A DNA stretch of 64,000 nt from an uncultured Candidatus Saccharibacteria bacterium (GCA_964642155.1 CAZXNT010000004.1:2040-66039), one strand, 5' to 3'. Shown: positions 8,498 to 18,697, numbered from the stretch's first letter. Numbers and translations: made by a program. The notes: generated from the sequence alone by a model not told the origin.

Positions 8498-8977
8498 ATG
8501 GAACAATACTTAGAATTTGCAAAAAGTTTGGCAAAAGAAGCTGAAGAAATAGCCCTAAGGTATTTTAGTTTTGAAGTTGGAAATATTTGAAAAGAAGACA
8601 ATACGCCATTAACTCAAGCTGACACAGAAATAAAAGATTTGGTAATTAAGAGAATCAATGGAAAATACCCAGAACATAGTATTTATGGAGAAGAAAAAAG
8701 CGAGAGGAAAGAAAATTCAAAATATATTTGGGTTTGCGACCCAATAGATGGAACAATGGCTTTTTCTTGCGGTTTACCTATATTTGTTTTTTCTATAGCC
8801 TTAGTTGATCAATCAAATGGTCTACCTATTTTAGGATTAATAAATGATCCAGTAATGAAAAATCTGTATTGGGGTTATAAAGATGGTGGAGCATATAGAA
8901 ATGGTCAAAAAATATTTGTATCAAAAGATGCTACTCTTTCAAAAAAGGAGAAGATGGACTCACAAAACTACTTTTAG
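8498..8977 (+). pseudogene. Inositol monophosphatase family pseudogene
   Basis: ATG at 8498 is in frame with ORF 8639; in-frame TGA at 8588-8590; GEE and WVCDPIDGT motifs; C-terminal half missing. Confidence 0.8.
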
Positions 8978-9006
8978 ATAATATTATTTTTGGAATAGAA
9001 GATGAA

Positions 9007-9315
9007 TTGTTGTTTATATTTTTATACAGCTCACTAGAGGGAAAAAATAAAAATTTACTAAAAACAGATATGGGGGAATTTAAAAAAAGAGACTATATTT
9101 GGCCTTCTGAATCTAAATACCAGAATTATCCCAAAGAACTCAGTGATTTAGAGTATATTAGACATCAAATATACCATCCGAGAAGTAATAAAAATACTCA
9201 CGGAAAAATAGTATTGGAAAATGAGAAAAAACCTGTAGGTAAAAACTATTATACAGAAAAAGAACTAGCAGATGCTATAAAAAAAATGAGTGAGATATTT
9301 GGGGCTAGTAGTTGA
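9007..9315 (+). CDS. Hypothetical protein (possibly a C-terminal fragment)
   Basis: ORF only. Confidence 0.35.
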   Translation: MLFIFLYSSLEGKNKNLLKTDMGEFKKRDYIWPSESKYQNYPKELSDLEYIRHQIYHPRSNKNTHGKIVLENEKKPVGKNYYTEKELADAIKKMSEIFGASS

Positions 9316-9387
9316 GCATAGTAAATACGTTATAAAAACCACTTTATCAAAAACCGAAGTTAATAAAAAATTAGGAAAATAAATTTT

Positions 9388-9600
9388 ATGGAAGAAGAAA
9401 AAATTAAAAACATCAAAAAAACAATTATTAATACAATCGTATTTGCAGGATTAGCACACGGCGTGTTTAATGATTTAATTTATCCTGATCAATCAGACGA
9501 TTTTGGTGATTTTGGCGGGAATTATGTTATGAAAAATTCGGATAGTAGTGGCACAGCAGTAGCTTTTAATATAATTCCTTCAATTATAGATATAAATTAA
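9388..9600 (+). CDS. Small hypothetical protein
   Basis: ORF with ATG start, followed by a terminator. Confidence 0.4.
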   Translation: MEEEKIKNIKKTIINTIVFAGLAHGVFNDLIYPDQSDDFGDFGGNYVMKNSDSSGTAVAFNIIPSIIDIN

Positions 9601-9635
9601 ACTAACGAAAACGCGGCGCTAATTTAGGGGCTTAT

Positions 9636-9665
9636 GCAAAAATCCGCTTTTGGCGGATTTTTGTT
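9636..9665 (+). terminator. Rho-independent terminator
   Basis: CAAAAATCCGC-TTTTG-GCGGATTTTTG hairpin with T tail. Confidence 0.7.
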
Positions 9666-9738
9666 TGTTAATATGATAAAATAAATTTATGAATCCCGCT
9701 TTAATCCCGTCGGCCAACAAAAAAATCAGGCAAATAAC

Positions 9739-9770
9739 TCATTGTACAATTCCATAGAATTGTACAATGA
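9739..9770. repeat. Palindrome family A, copy 1
   Basis: TCATTGTACAATTC-CATA-GAATTGTACAATGA; recurs at 10071 and 18813. Confidence 0.9.
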
Positions 9771-9794
9771 TAAATTATCCTATAATATTATTAT

Positions 9795-10061
9795 ATGAAA
9801 AGATGGACTGTAATTTTTAGAGCTTTGGCCAATATTAACCGGCTAAAAATAATTAAAATGCTGACCGGTGGCCACAAGATGAATGTCGGCGATATTGCGG
9901 AGGATTTGAATATTTCTTTTAAAGCCACTTCTAACCACCTTGCCATACTTAAAAATCTGGATGTTTTGGATGCGCAAGGCGTTGAGGGGCATGTTTTTTA
10001 TTTTATTAATCCTCAAATGCCCAAAGATTTCCAAAAAATAATTGAGATTACCCTAAAGTAA
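9795..10061 (+). CDS. ArsR/SmtB family HTH regulator
   Basis: FRALANINRLKII..VGDIAEDLNISFKATSNHLAILK. Confidence 0.85.
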   Translation: MKRWTVIFRALANINRLKIIKMLTGGHKMNVGDIAEDLNISFKATSNHLAILKNLDVLDAQGVEGHVFYFINPQMPKDFQKIIEITLK

Positions 10062-10070
10062 TTATATAGT

Positions 10071-10100
10071 CATTGAACAATTCCATAGAATTGTTCAATG
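10071..10100. repeat. Palindrome family A, copy 2 (compensatory T-A to A-T change)
   Basis: CATTGAACAATTC-CATA-GAATTGTTCAATG. Confidence 0.9.
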
Positions 10101-10189
10101 GATAATCAATAAAAAAATAGGCGAGTAAATTTATGTCACATAATCTGCCTTTTATATTTTTTTATGATTTTTTATGATATAATATTTTT

Positions 10190-10384
10190 ATGAAGCGTTT
10201 ATATAAAAGTCGCGAGAATAAGGTCTTTTGCGGGGTGATTGGCGGGTTGGGGGAGTATTTCGGCGTTGATGCGGTGATTTTGCGGGTCGGGTATGTTTTA
10301 CTTTCCATCTTTACCGGCATCGTGCCCGGGCTTATAGCGTATTTTGTTATCTGTCTCGTGGTGCCGAAAAAATTAGAGAAATAG
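10190..10384 (+). CDS. PspC domain protein
   Basis: KRLYKSRENKVFCGVIGGLGEYFGVD..LR motif. Confidence 0.9.
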   Translation: MKRLYKSRENKVFCGVIGGLGEYFGVDAVILRVGYVLLSIFTGIVPGLIAYFVICLVVPKKLEK

Positions 10385-10432
10385 ATTTTAGATTTATTGT
10401 CGGTTGTTTTTCTATTATTCACCTGTTTGTCC

Positions 10433-10461
10433 ATGCTCTAATTCGCGCGAATAAGCGAATA
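10433..10461 (+). repeat. Repeat family B, copy 1
   Basis: ATGCTCTAATTCGCGCGAATAAGCGAATA; recurs at 10814, 11121 and 18698. Confidence 0.9.
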
Positions 10462-10519
10462 AGGAAAATCCAGCAACGGCAAAATAAAAAGGTCGAAGAA
10501 ATGGTTAAGAAATAAATTT

Positions 10520-10789
10520 ATGGCAATAATCAAAAAGAAAATTTGGCCGGAATATTTTGAGGCCGTAGTTTCTGGCAGGAAGAAATTTGAGCTCCGCTTG
10601 AATGATTTTGAGATTAATGAAGGCGACACGCTTTTACTTGAAGAATATGATCCAATAAAGAAAGAATATACCGGCAGAAGCGTGGAAAAGAAAGTCGGTT
10701 ATGTTTTTAAATTCAAACCAACTGAACTTCCTTTTTACTCAAAAGAAGATATTGAAAAAAACGGTCTTCAAATAATTTCTCTGGAGTAA
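10520..10789 (+). CDS. ASCH/DUF3850 (PUA-like) domain protein
   Basis: KIWPEYFEAVVSGRKKFELRLND..GDTLLLEEYD..YTGR. Confidence 0.85.
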   Translation: MAIIKKKIWPEYFEAVVSGRKKFELRLNDFEINEGDTLLLEEYDPIKKEYTGRSVEKKVGYVFKFKPTELPFYSKEDIEKNGLQIISLE

Positions 10790-10813
10790 TAAAACATTTA
10801 AAGCGAGTTATTC

Positions 10814-10852
10814 TCTATGCTCTAATTCGCGCGAATAAGCGAATAGATGAAA
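10814..10852 (+). repeat. Repeat family B, copy 2
   Basis: TCTATGCTCTAATTCGCGCGAATAAGCGAATAGATGAAA, identical to 11121-11159. Confidence 0.9.
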
Positions 10853-10871
10853 TTCTTGCTATAATTTATTT

Positions 10872-11132
10872 ATGCGTAAATTGGAGAAAATTTTAAAAGC
10901 ATTGGCTAATCGGCGGCGGTTGGCGATTTTGAAATATCTGAAAGAAAACAAAGAAGCGCCGGTAGGGGAAATTACCCACGAAATTGATTTGTCATTTAAA
11001 TCAACATCAAAACATCTTGGCGTTTTGTCGGCGGTGGATATTATTGAAAAAGACCAGCGAAGTTTGCAAATGTTTTATAGATTATCCGATAATCAAGAGT
11101 CGGCGGTTAAACACATTATTTCTATGCTCTAA
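10872..11132 (+). CDS. ArsR/SmtB family HTH regulator
   Basis: LKALANRRRLAIL..VGEI..SFKSTSKHL; stop codon lies inside repeat B copy 3. Confidence 0.85.
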   Translation: MRKLEKILKALANRRRLAILKYLKENKEAPVGEITHEIDLSFKSTSKHLGVLSAVDIIEKDQRSLQMFYRLSDNQESAVKHIISML

Positions 11133-11179
11133 TTCGCGCGAATAAGCGAATAGATGAAAATGACTAATTACTCAACAAA
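11121..11179 (+). repeat. Repeat family B, copy 3 (extended match to copy 4)
   Basis: CTCTAATTCGCGCGAATAAGCGAATAGATGAAAATGACTAATTACTCAACAAA. Confidence 0.9.
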
Positions 11180-11182
11180 AAA

Positions 11183-11896
11183 ATGAGAACAAAACTGCTT
11201 ACTAAAACATATAAAAGGAAAGTAGCTGTATTTGATATAGACGGAACATTTTTTCGTTCAAGCCTTTTGATTGAACTTGTAGAAGTATTCGTGCAAAAAG
11301 GTATTTTTCCCAGTAAAACAAGTAAAATTTATGAACCAGCATATAAAAAATGGCGTGATAGAAAAGAATCTTACGAAAACTATATTACTTCTGTAATTAA
11401 AGCATTTGATAAAAATATAGATGGTGTTGATTGCGATAAATTCGTAGAAATTGCCGATAAAGTTGCAAGCGTTAATCAAAATCACATTTATCGTTACACG
11501 CGAGATCTCATAAAAGAGTTAAAAGATAAGGATTATTTTATTTTAGCCATATCAAATTCGCCTTGGGGAGTTTTAGAAAAGTTTTGTAAGAAAAATGGCT
11601 TTGATAAAGTTTATGGAAGATTTTATAAAGTTGATGACAACGGAAAATTAACTAATACTGTTGAGCACGAAAAACTAATTTCGGATAAATCTAAAATCTT
11701 GATGCGCGCTATAGAAAAAGAAAACCTGACATTAAAAGGATCTATCGGAGTTGGAGATACTGAATCAGACATTCCGTTTTTAAAAATAGTTGAGAAGCCA
11801 ATTTGTTTTAATCCGAACAAAAAACTCTACGATTACGCTAAAAGCAAGAAATGGAAAATAGTTGTTGAAAGAAAAGATATGATTTATCATATTTAA
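11183..11896 (+). CDS. HAD-IB family hydrolase (phosphoserine phosphatase-like)
   Basis: FDIDGT motif I and GDTESD motif IV. Confidence 0.88.
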   Translation: MRTKLLTKTYKRKVAVFDIDGTFFRSSLLIELVEVFVQKGIFPSKTSKIYEPAYKKWRDRKESYENYITSVIKAFDKNIDGVDCDKFVEIADKVASVNQNHIYRYTRDLIKELKDKDYFILAISNSPWGVLEKFCKKNGFDKVYGRFYKVDDNGKLTNTVEHEKLISDKSKILMRAIEKENLTLKGSIGVGDTESDIPFLKIVEKPICFNPNKKLYDYAKSKKWKIVVERKDMIYHI

Positions 11897-11922
11897 TACA
11901 GTAAATTAAAAAAGATAAAAAT

Positions 11923-13386
11923 CTACACCTTATCTAAATCTAAAGTCATATCAATCTTAATTTGCTTCACAAATTCTGGCACATGGCTTACAAGAATCAT
12001 TGCGCCGGTATATTTATCTATAGCAGAAGCAATAACAGGGATATGCCTAAAATTAATATGGTTAGTAGGTTCATCAAGAATTAATAATCCCGGTTTTTGA
12101 AGTACGAGACGAGTAAAAGCAACTAATCCTTTTAATCCTTCTGATAAATTTCCAACTTTTGTTTTTAATAATTGCTCGTTAATTAAAAATCCAGACGCAA
12201 TTGAACGAAGTTTTTGCTGAGTCATATCAGAATTATCCTTTATCACTGCTATTAGTGATTCATACACGGTATCTTCAAAATTAAGTGTAGAAAAATCTTG
12301 TCTGTAATAACCAATTTCTATACCAGTAGTAATTAGCTCTCCCTTTAAATCTCCGTGCGCTAATTTTTCAAGCAAAGTGGTTTTTCCAATTCCATTCGCC
12401 CCTGTTAAAAGTAAGCGCTCACCCTTTTTTAAAATAACATTAACTTTTTTATTAACTGATTTATGATTTTTTATGATAGAAACGGATTTTAATTCCAATA
12501 CTTGACCAACTATATCTTCTTGGCACGGAATAAAGAAACTGCGAATTGTTTTATCTTCTTGTCGTTCATCTACTATTTCTTCTTCTAATTCTTCAATTTT
12601 CGCGTTCATTTTTTTTGCTATATTACGCATCTTCCCTCCTTTTTGAGCAAAGAAATTTGCTTGTTCTTTTCTATGTATAATATCTTTTTCAAGCCGTACA
12701 TTTTTCATTCTTTCTCTTTCTAAACGCACCTTAATTTCTTCAACAACATCAAAATAGTTTCCGACATATTGCTCTACTTTATGAGTAAATATATCCAAAT
12801 AAAGAACGCCTTGCGTAAAAGCATTAAGAAAATCAGCATCATGAGAAATAACCACACAAGTTTTTTTATAATCCAAAAGAAATTGCGTTAAATGTTCAAT
12901 GCCAGCTTTATCTAAATTATTAGTCGGTTCGTCTAATAGTAATAAATCAGGGTCTTGAATAAGGGCAGATGCAAGAAGAAGGCGCGCTTGTTGGCCTCCG
13001 GAAAATGACTTAACAATCCTTTCATAAGGGGCATTTAAATTTACAATCTCGCATACAGCATCAATTCGCGGGTCAATGTTGTATATTTTTTCCGTAAAAC
13101 ATTTCTCAAAAAATTCTCGTACAGTTAAATCCATTTGATCGCGGGGGATTACTTGCCGAGCAGTGGCGACTGTAATTTTATCATCAGTATTAATTGCTCC
13201 AGATTCAGGATGTAATATTTTTGTAATAAGTTGAAAAATAGTGCTTTTCCCGGAACCATTTTGACCCATTAAAGTTATTTTTGCTCCGCGACGAATTGAA
13301 AAATCCGCCTCTTGTAAAATAGGTTTATTATGCCCATACCCAAACGACGCCTTATTAAATCTAATTATAACTTCATTTTGCGCCAT
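11923..13386 (-). CDS. ABC-F family ATP-binding protein
   Basis: Two ABC domains (GQNGSGKS, GANGIGKT; LDEPTNNLD, LDEPTNHIN), no TM segments. Confidence 0.9.
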   Translation of the reverse strand: MAQNEVIIRFNKASFGYGHNKPILQEADFSIRRGAKITLMGQNGSGKSTIFQLITKILHPESGAINTDDKITVATARQVIPRDQMDLTVREFFEKCFTEKIYNIDPRIDAVCEIVNLNAPYERIVKSFSGGQQARLLLASALIQDPDLLLLDEPTNNLDKAGIEHLTQFLLDYKKTCVVISHDADFLNAFTQGVLYLDIFTHKVEQYVGNYFDVVEEIKVRLERERMKNVRLEKDIIHRKEQANFFAQKGGKMRNIAKKMNAKIEELEEEIVDERQEDKTIRSFFIPCQEDIVGQVLELKSVSIIKNHKSVNKKVNVILKKGERLLLTGANGIGKTTLLEKLAHGDLKGELITTGIEIGYYRQDFSTLNFEDTVYESLIAVIKDNSDMTQQKLRSIASGFLINEQLLKTKVGNLSEGLKGLVAFTRLVLQKPGLLILDEPTNHINFRHIPVIASAIDKYTGAMILVSHVPEFVKQIKIDMTLDLDKV

Positions 13387-13464
13387 AACATTATAGGATA
13401 ATCTAATTTTAGTAATTTTTCCAGTATTTATAAAGAAATTTATCTTTTGTATACTTATATTATT

Positions 13465-14709
13465 ATGAAAAATAATATTTGGGACGTTATTGTTATTGGC
13501 GGTGGACCGGCAGGAATGATTTCAGCTGGAAGATCGGCAGAATTAGGCAGTTCTGTTTTATTACTTGAAAAAAATCCAACACTTGGAAAAAAACTCCTTA
13601 TAACCGGAGGTGGAAGATGTAATCTTACGAATAATAGACCGGATATTCGTAATATGGTCACGCAATATAATGGAAGCGATCAATTTCTTATGTCCGCATT
13701 CTCACAGTTTGATGTTGTAAAAACATTAAGTTTTTTTAATTCTAGGGGAATGAAGATAAAAGAAGAAGCGGGCGGGAGAATTTTTCCAACCTCAGATAAA
13801 TCACAGTCAGTGTTAGATGTACTAGTAAAATATATGAGTAAGGGTGGAGTAGAAATAAAAACAAAAGCAATAGTTTCTGATTTTTCTATTGATAAAAAAA
13901 CTGGATGCGTAGTAATTCAACTTAAAACAGGAACTACTTTAATGGCGAAGTCATGTATTATCGCCACAGGAGGAACATCACATCCAGAAACAGGCTCAAC
14001 GGGAGAAGGTTTTAAATGGCTTAAAAAAATAGGACATACAATTGTAAAAAATAATTTTGCTCTTGTTCCTATTGCGATTAAAGATAAATGGGTAAAAAAT
14101 TTAACCGGAATAACACTAAACGATATTAAACTCACTGTATTGTTAGATGGAAAAAAACAAGATTCTAAAAAAGGAAGGGTACTGTTTACGCATTTTGGAA
14201 TTAGCGGGCCAATGGTATTAAATATGAGTAAAAATATTGGTGAATTATTACCTCGTGGAGAAGTAATTATTATACTGGATTTATTCCCAAAATTTGACCT
14301 CGGCGCTCTTAAAAAAACTTTGCAAAATATTCTTATAACAGAAAGTAATAAAAAATTAAAAAATACTTTAAGCGCAATTATTCCGTCAGCTATTGTTCCA
14401 ATAATACTTACAATGGCTGGAGTAGATGGTGAAACGGCAAATCACAGCATACGGCATGAAGAAAGAAAAAAACTTGTTAACTGTATGAAAGGAATCCCAA
14501 TGCGCGTAGAAGGATTATTGGGCGCGCATAAAGCAATTGTGTCTTCAGGCGGCGTTAAGCTTGAAGAAGTAAATTTTAAAACAATGCAGTCGCGCGTTAC
14601 ACCGCAAATATATCTTGTTGGAGATGTACTTAATATCAATCGTCCATCTGGAGGATACAGTCTGCAATTATGCTGGACAACGGGGTTTGTGGCAGGAAGT
14701 AATGCTTAA
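13465..14709 (+). CDS. HI0933/BaiN family flavoprotein
   Basis: IGGGPAG, KLLITGGGRCNLTN, LFTHFGISGP and GGYSLQ motifs; ATG at 13465 preferred. Confidence 0.9.
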   Translation: MKNNIWDVIVIGGGPAGMISAGRSAELGSSVLLLEKNPTLGKKLLITGGGRCNLTNNRPDIRNMVTQYNGSDQFLMSAFSQFDVVKTLSFFNSRGMKIKEEAGGRIFPTSDKSQSVLDVLVKYMSKGGVEIKTKAIVSDFSIDKKTGCVVIQLKTGTTLMAKSCIIATGGTSHPETGSTGEGFKWLKKIGHTIVKNNFALVPIAIKDKWVKNLTGITLNDIKLTVLLDGKKQDSKKGRVLFTHFGISGPMVLNMSKNIGELLPRGEVIIILDLFPKFDLGALKKTLQNILITESNKKLKNTLSAIIPSAIVPIILTMAGVDGETANHSIRHEERKKLVNCMKGIPMRVEGLLGAHKAIVSSGGVKLEEVNFKTMQSRVTPQIYLVGDVLNINRPSGGYSLQLCWTTGFVAGSNA

Positions 14710-14730
14710 AATTATGTTAAAATAAATCTT

Positions 14731-15621
14731 ATGAGAACTTATCTTCCTAAACTACTTATATTCATTTCAGGATTCATAATAGTTGCGTCTTTGGGATATG
14801 GCGGCTACCGCTATACTCTTACTGTAAAAGAGCTTAAAGCGACTAAAAACAATCTTGCCTCAACCACGGCAGAGTTTGAGAATAAAGTTAAACAGCTTGA
14901 AACCAATCTTTCTCAAGCTAAAAACGAAAACACAATTCTTACAAATTCACTTGTCGCCGAACAAGATAAAAATAATTTATTTGAGGGGCAGATAAGTTTA
15001 ATTCAAGGCGCCGTCAATATTCTTGAAAAACTTCGCAAAACAGACGAAGAACTTTTGCAAAAATACTCAAAAGTTTATTTTCTCAACGAAAACTATGTGC
15101 CATCCAATCTTGCCGAGATTGATTTAAAATATTTATACAACAAAAGTCAGCTTTTTCAAATACACGCTAATGTTCAACCGTATCTTTATAATTTGTTTGA
15201 AAACGCCTCTTCAAGCGGTATGTCTATGGAAATAATTTCGGCTTATCGATCGTTTGGCGCTCAGACGTCTCTTAAATTAAACTACAAAATGACGTACGGC
15301 TCGGGCGCCAATAAATTTTCGGCAGACCAAGGATATTCAGAGCATCAGCTTGGAACAACCATAGATATTACAACCCCGGATATTGGCGCGTCGTTTACAA
15401 AATTTGAAATAACAACCGCGTATAAATGGCTTACGGAAAACGCGTATAAATACGGCTTTATACTCTCTTATCCCAAACAAAACACGTATTATCGGTTTGA
15501 GCCGTGGCATTGGCGATTTGTTGGCGTTGCTCTGGCCACAAAACTGCGCGACAGTGATAAATATTTTTATAATTTGGACCAACGCGAAATTGATTCTTAT
15601 CTTGTTTCTATTTTTGATTAA
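14731..15621 (+). CDS. D-Ala-D-Ala carboxypeptidase (M15B/VanY-like) with TM anchor and coiled coil
   Basis: SAYRS, SEHQLG and EPWHWRFVG motifs. Confidence 0.9.
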   Translation: MRTYLPKLLIFISGFIIVASLGYGGYRYTLTVKELKATKNNLASTTAEFENKVKQLETNLSQAKNENTILTNSLVAEQDKNNLFEGQISLIQGAVNILEKLRKTDEELLQKYSKVYFLNENYVPSNLAEIDLKYLYNKSQLFQIHANVQPYLYNLFENASSSGMSMEIISAYRSFGAQTSLKLNYKMTYGSGANKFSADQGYSEHQLGTTIDITTPDIGASFTKFEITTAYKWLTENAYKYGFILSYPKQNTYYRFEPWHWRFVGVALATKLRDSDKYFYNLDQREIDSYLVSIFD

Positions 15622-15643
15622 TTTGTTATAATTAATAATATTC

Positions 15644-17167
15644 ATGATAAACATTCTTTCGCCGATTAATATTTTTAAACGAGAACAAAAATTAAAACTT
15701 CTTTTTGTCGCTTCCGAAGCGGCGCCTTTTGTCAAAGTCGGCGGGTTGGGCGAAGTAATGCGTTCTTTACCCGGCGCTCTTCGGACATTAGGCCACGATG
15801 CTCGCGTTTTTCTTCCCAAGTATGCCACTATTGATACTGAAAAATATCCCTTGCGTTTAGAACTTGAAGGTTTGCAGCCGGCGCCTTCCGAGAGAGAAGA
15901 CCCGTACGGTCTTTTTGTTTCCAATGTTTTGAGATACGATAATGATTCGGGCGAAACTATCGCGTATTTTCTTGAAAATTTGGAGTATTACGAAAAACGG
16001 GCGAATGTTTACGGCTACGCCGATGACGCGATAAGATGGGCGCTTCTTTCAAGAGCGGTTCTTGAATTTTTAAAACATTCATCCTGGCGACCGGACGTAA
16101 TTATTGCCGCTGATTGGCAAACCGGCCTTATTCCAAATTATTTTCATACTATTTACAAAAACGACCCTAAACTTTTGCCAATGGCAATTGTTTTTTCCAT
16201 TCATAATCTTTCTTTTCAAGCAATGTTTGACCATCATTTTGTTCCTGAAATGGATTATGATTCAGGGAGAGAAGCAATTCCGGATTTTAACGATTTGAGA
16301 CTCTTAAAACTTAATTTTATGAGACGGGGCATTATGTACGCCGATGTCGTTAATACTGTTTCGCCCACGTATTCACAGGAGATTACTACGCCAGAATATG
16401 GCGAGGGATTGCATGAGCTTTTAAGCGAAAGACGCTCAAGGCTTTCGGGTATTTTAAACGGTATTGATACCGACATTTATAGTCCCGAAACCGATTCTAA
16501 TATCCAATTTCACTATGGCGTAAAAACGTTGGATTTAAAAACGAAAAACAAGTTGGCTCTTCAGCGGGAATTTAATTTACCTGTTCGCGACGATGTTCCG
16601 CTTTTTGGCATTGCTTCAAGATTAACCGACCAAAAGGGATTTGGCTTGCTTATGGATGCGGCAAAACCGCTTTTAGAAAATTTTGACATCCAATTGATTG
16701 TTGTCGGTTCCGGCGAAGGGCATTTTATGACTTTTTTTCAAGAATTGGCGAAAAAATATCCCCAGAAAGTTGGTATTCACTTAAATTATGATGAAATTCT
16801 CGCTCATATGATTTATGCCGGAGCTGACGCGGTTATTATTCCTTCACGTTTTGAGCCGTGCGGCTTGACGCAAATGGAAGCGATGCGTTACGGAACTGTG
16901 CCGATTGTCCGCAAGACTGGCGGTTTGGCGGATAGTGTCGTGGATTATAATCCTACAAATCAAACCGGCACAGGTTTTGTTTTTGAAAAGTTTGACAACC
17001 ACGCTTTTTACGGCGCAATGGTGAGAGCTATTGAGACTTATCGTTATCCTGAATTTTGGCGCGATATTCAAAAACGAGCTATGAAAGCCGATTTTTCGTG
17101 GACCAAATCAGCCAGCGAATACGTTGAATTATTTAAAAAAGCTATGGAATATCATGTATTGGGCTAA
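15644..17167 (+). CDS. glgA: Glycogen synthase (GT5)
   Basis: EAAPFVKVGGLGEV, PSRFEPCGLTQM and TGGLADSV motifs. Confidence 0.92.
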   Translation: MINILSPINIFKREQKLKLLFVASEAAPFVKVGGLGEVMRSLPGALRTLGHDARVFLPKYATIDTEKYPLRLELEGLQPAPSEREDPYGLFVSNVLRYDNDSGETIAYFLENLEYYEKRANVYGYADDAIRWALLSRAVLEFLKHSSWRPDVIIAADWQTGLIPNYFHTIYKNDPKLLPMAIVFSIHNLSFQAMFDHHFVPEMDYDSGREAIPDFNDLRLLKLNFMRRGIMYADVVNTVSPTYSQEITTPEYGEGLHELLSERRSRLSGILNGIDTDIYSPETDSNIQFHYGVKTLDLKTKNKLALQREFNLPVRDDVPLFGIASRLTDQKGFGLLMDAAKPLLENFDIQLIVVGSGEGHFMTFFQELAKKYPQKVGIHLNYDEILAHMIYAGADAVIIPSRFEPCGLTQMEAMRYGTVPIVRKTGGLADSVVDYNPTNQTGTGFVFEKFDNHAFYGAMVRAIETYRYPEFWRDIQKRAMKADFSWTKSASEYVELFKKAMEYHVLG

Positions 17168-18668
17168 CTTTTTACATTTTTACCAGCCGGCGGAACAACA
17201 ACAGGATGTTTTAGAAGCAATTGTCGCCCAAAGTTATCGTCCTCTAATTGAAGGAATAAAAAAACATAAAAGAGTTAGTCTTACCTTAAACATAAACGGC
17301 ACTCTTTTTGAGCTTTTAGATAAATATGGTTATAAGGATATTATTGACGGCTTGCGCGAAGCGAGCAGGGAAGGAAGAATTGAATTTACGTCTTCGGTAA
17401 AATATCACGCCCTTTTGCCTTTTTTAAAAGAAGACGAAATCGTCAGACAGATAAAAATGAATGACGAGACCAATAAGTTTTTCTTGGGAGATTTCTATAA
17501 ACCTCAAGGTTTTTTTCCGCCGGAGATGGCTTATAGCGAAACCTGCCTGCCGGCAGGCAAGAACATGCCGGCCTTGATTTCTTCGCTCGGTTTCAAGTGG
17601 ATTATTCTTGATGAAATAGCTTACGATGGTTTTGTCGGACATATTGATTATAAAAAAATTCATAAAATTGCCGGAAGCGATCTTTTGGTTTTTTTCCGCG
17701 AACGTCGTTTAAGCAATCTTATTATGAGCGCCGTTGTCCGATCGCGGGAAACACTACTTGAGGCGATGAAAGAAGATATTTTAAGCGGACGATATTTGGT
17801 AACGGCTATGGATGCGGAAACTTTCGGTCATCATCGGCCTGGTTTGGAAAAAATGCTTTTTGATATTTTTGACGCGCCGGAATTTGAGCTTATCAAAATT
17901 TCTGATATTTCTGACCACTACCGAGAAACAAAAGAAATTTCGCCGGTAAAATCAACTTGGGCTTCGAGCCGAAATGACATTGAAGAAAATACCCAGTTTC
18001 TTTCCTGGTCCGACCCGGAAAATATAATTCACCAATGGCAGTGGAAATTTACCGAGCTTGTTATTAAAGAAATTAACGCCATAAATAAAAACCATCCCCA
18101 TTACAGCTTAGTTAGAAAGAAAACCGACATAGCGCTCTCGAGCGATCACTTTTGGTGGGCTTCGGCTAAACCCTGGTGGAGTTTAGAAATGATTGAGGGC
18201 GGAGCCTATCGTTTGCTTGATACGATAAAACACATCCCCGATGTTTCAAAAGAGATTATTGAAGAAGCTCGCGATTATTATGAAAAGATAATAACCACTG
18301 CTTTCAATTGGCAGCGGACCGGAAAAATCAGGCAAATGATGAAAGAACAAAAATCTATTTTGCGGATTCCTTTTAAAGATAGAACTGTCGGCCGAGGTGG
18401 CGCCGAAGAAGGCGTTTATTGGGCTTTTATTAATATGATGAAGCGGTTGGAAAAAGAAGCGGCAAACAAGGGGGAATATGAAAAAGCGATTTTATGGCGA
18501 GACGCCATTTACAAACTTGAAAACAAACTCGATGTTTACGATACTATAAACGCCATCGACCTTTTACGAGTGGAAATTCCTCATAAAGAAGTTGAAGAAA
18601 CGATCGAAAAATATAAAGACAAGTACCGGCAAATTCGCGGTGGCCAACCGGAACAGCGGGGAACTTAA
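17154..18668 (+). CDS. Glycoside hydrolase family 57 protein
   Basis: FLHFYQP, GFFPPEMAY and AMDAETFGHH motifs; ATG at 17154 preferred. Confidence 0.85.
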   Translation: MYWANFLHFYQPAEQQQDVLEAIVAQSYRPLIEGIKKHKRVSLTLNINGTLFELLDKYGYKDIIDGLREASREGRIEFTSSVKYHALLPFLKEDEIVRQIKMNDETNKFFLGDFYKPQGFFPPEMAYSETCLPAGKNMPALISSLGFKWIILDEIAYDGFVGHIDYKKIHKIAGSDLLVFFRERRLSNLIMSAVVRSRETLLEAMKEDILSGRYLVTAMDAETFGHHRPGLEKMLFDIFDAPEFELIKISDISDHYRETKEISPVKSTWASSRNDIEENTQFLSWSDPENIIHQWQWKFTELVIKEINAINKNHPHYSLVRKKTDIALSSDHFWWASAKPWWSLEMIEGGAYRLLDTIKHIPDVSKEIIEEARDYYEKIITTAFNWQRTGKIRQMMKEQKSILRIPFKDRTVGRGGAEEGVYWAFINMMKRLEKEAANKGEYEKAILWRDAIYKLENKLDVYDTINAIDLLRVEIPHKEVEETIEKYKDKYRQIRGGQPEQRGT

Positions 18669-18697
18669 TTTGGAAAAGGCAAACGTTATTGTCTCAT

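Noticed and set aside
8588-8590. In-frame TGA in the inositol monophosphatase as evidence for genetic code 25 or 4
   Set aside because: TGA terminates intact genes here (e.g. ftsW, dnaJ, dprA), and this gene is also truncated; a nonsense mutation is simpler.
10433-11179. Repeat family B as a CRISPR array
   Set aside because: Spacing is 300-380 bp with whole genes in between, and no cas operon is present.
15337-15924. 195-aa antisense ORF and similar antisense ORFs in the track
   Set aside because: They overlap well-supported genes on the opposite strand and have no motifs.
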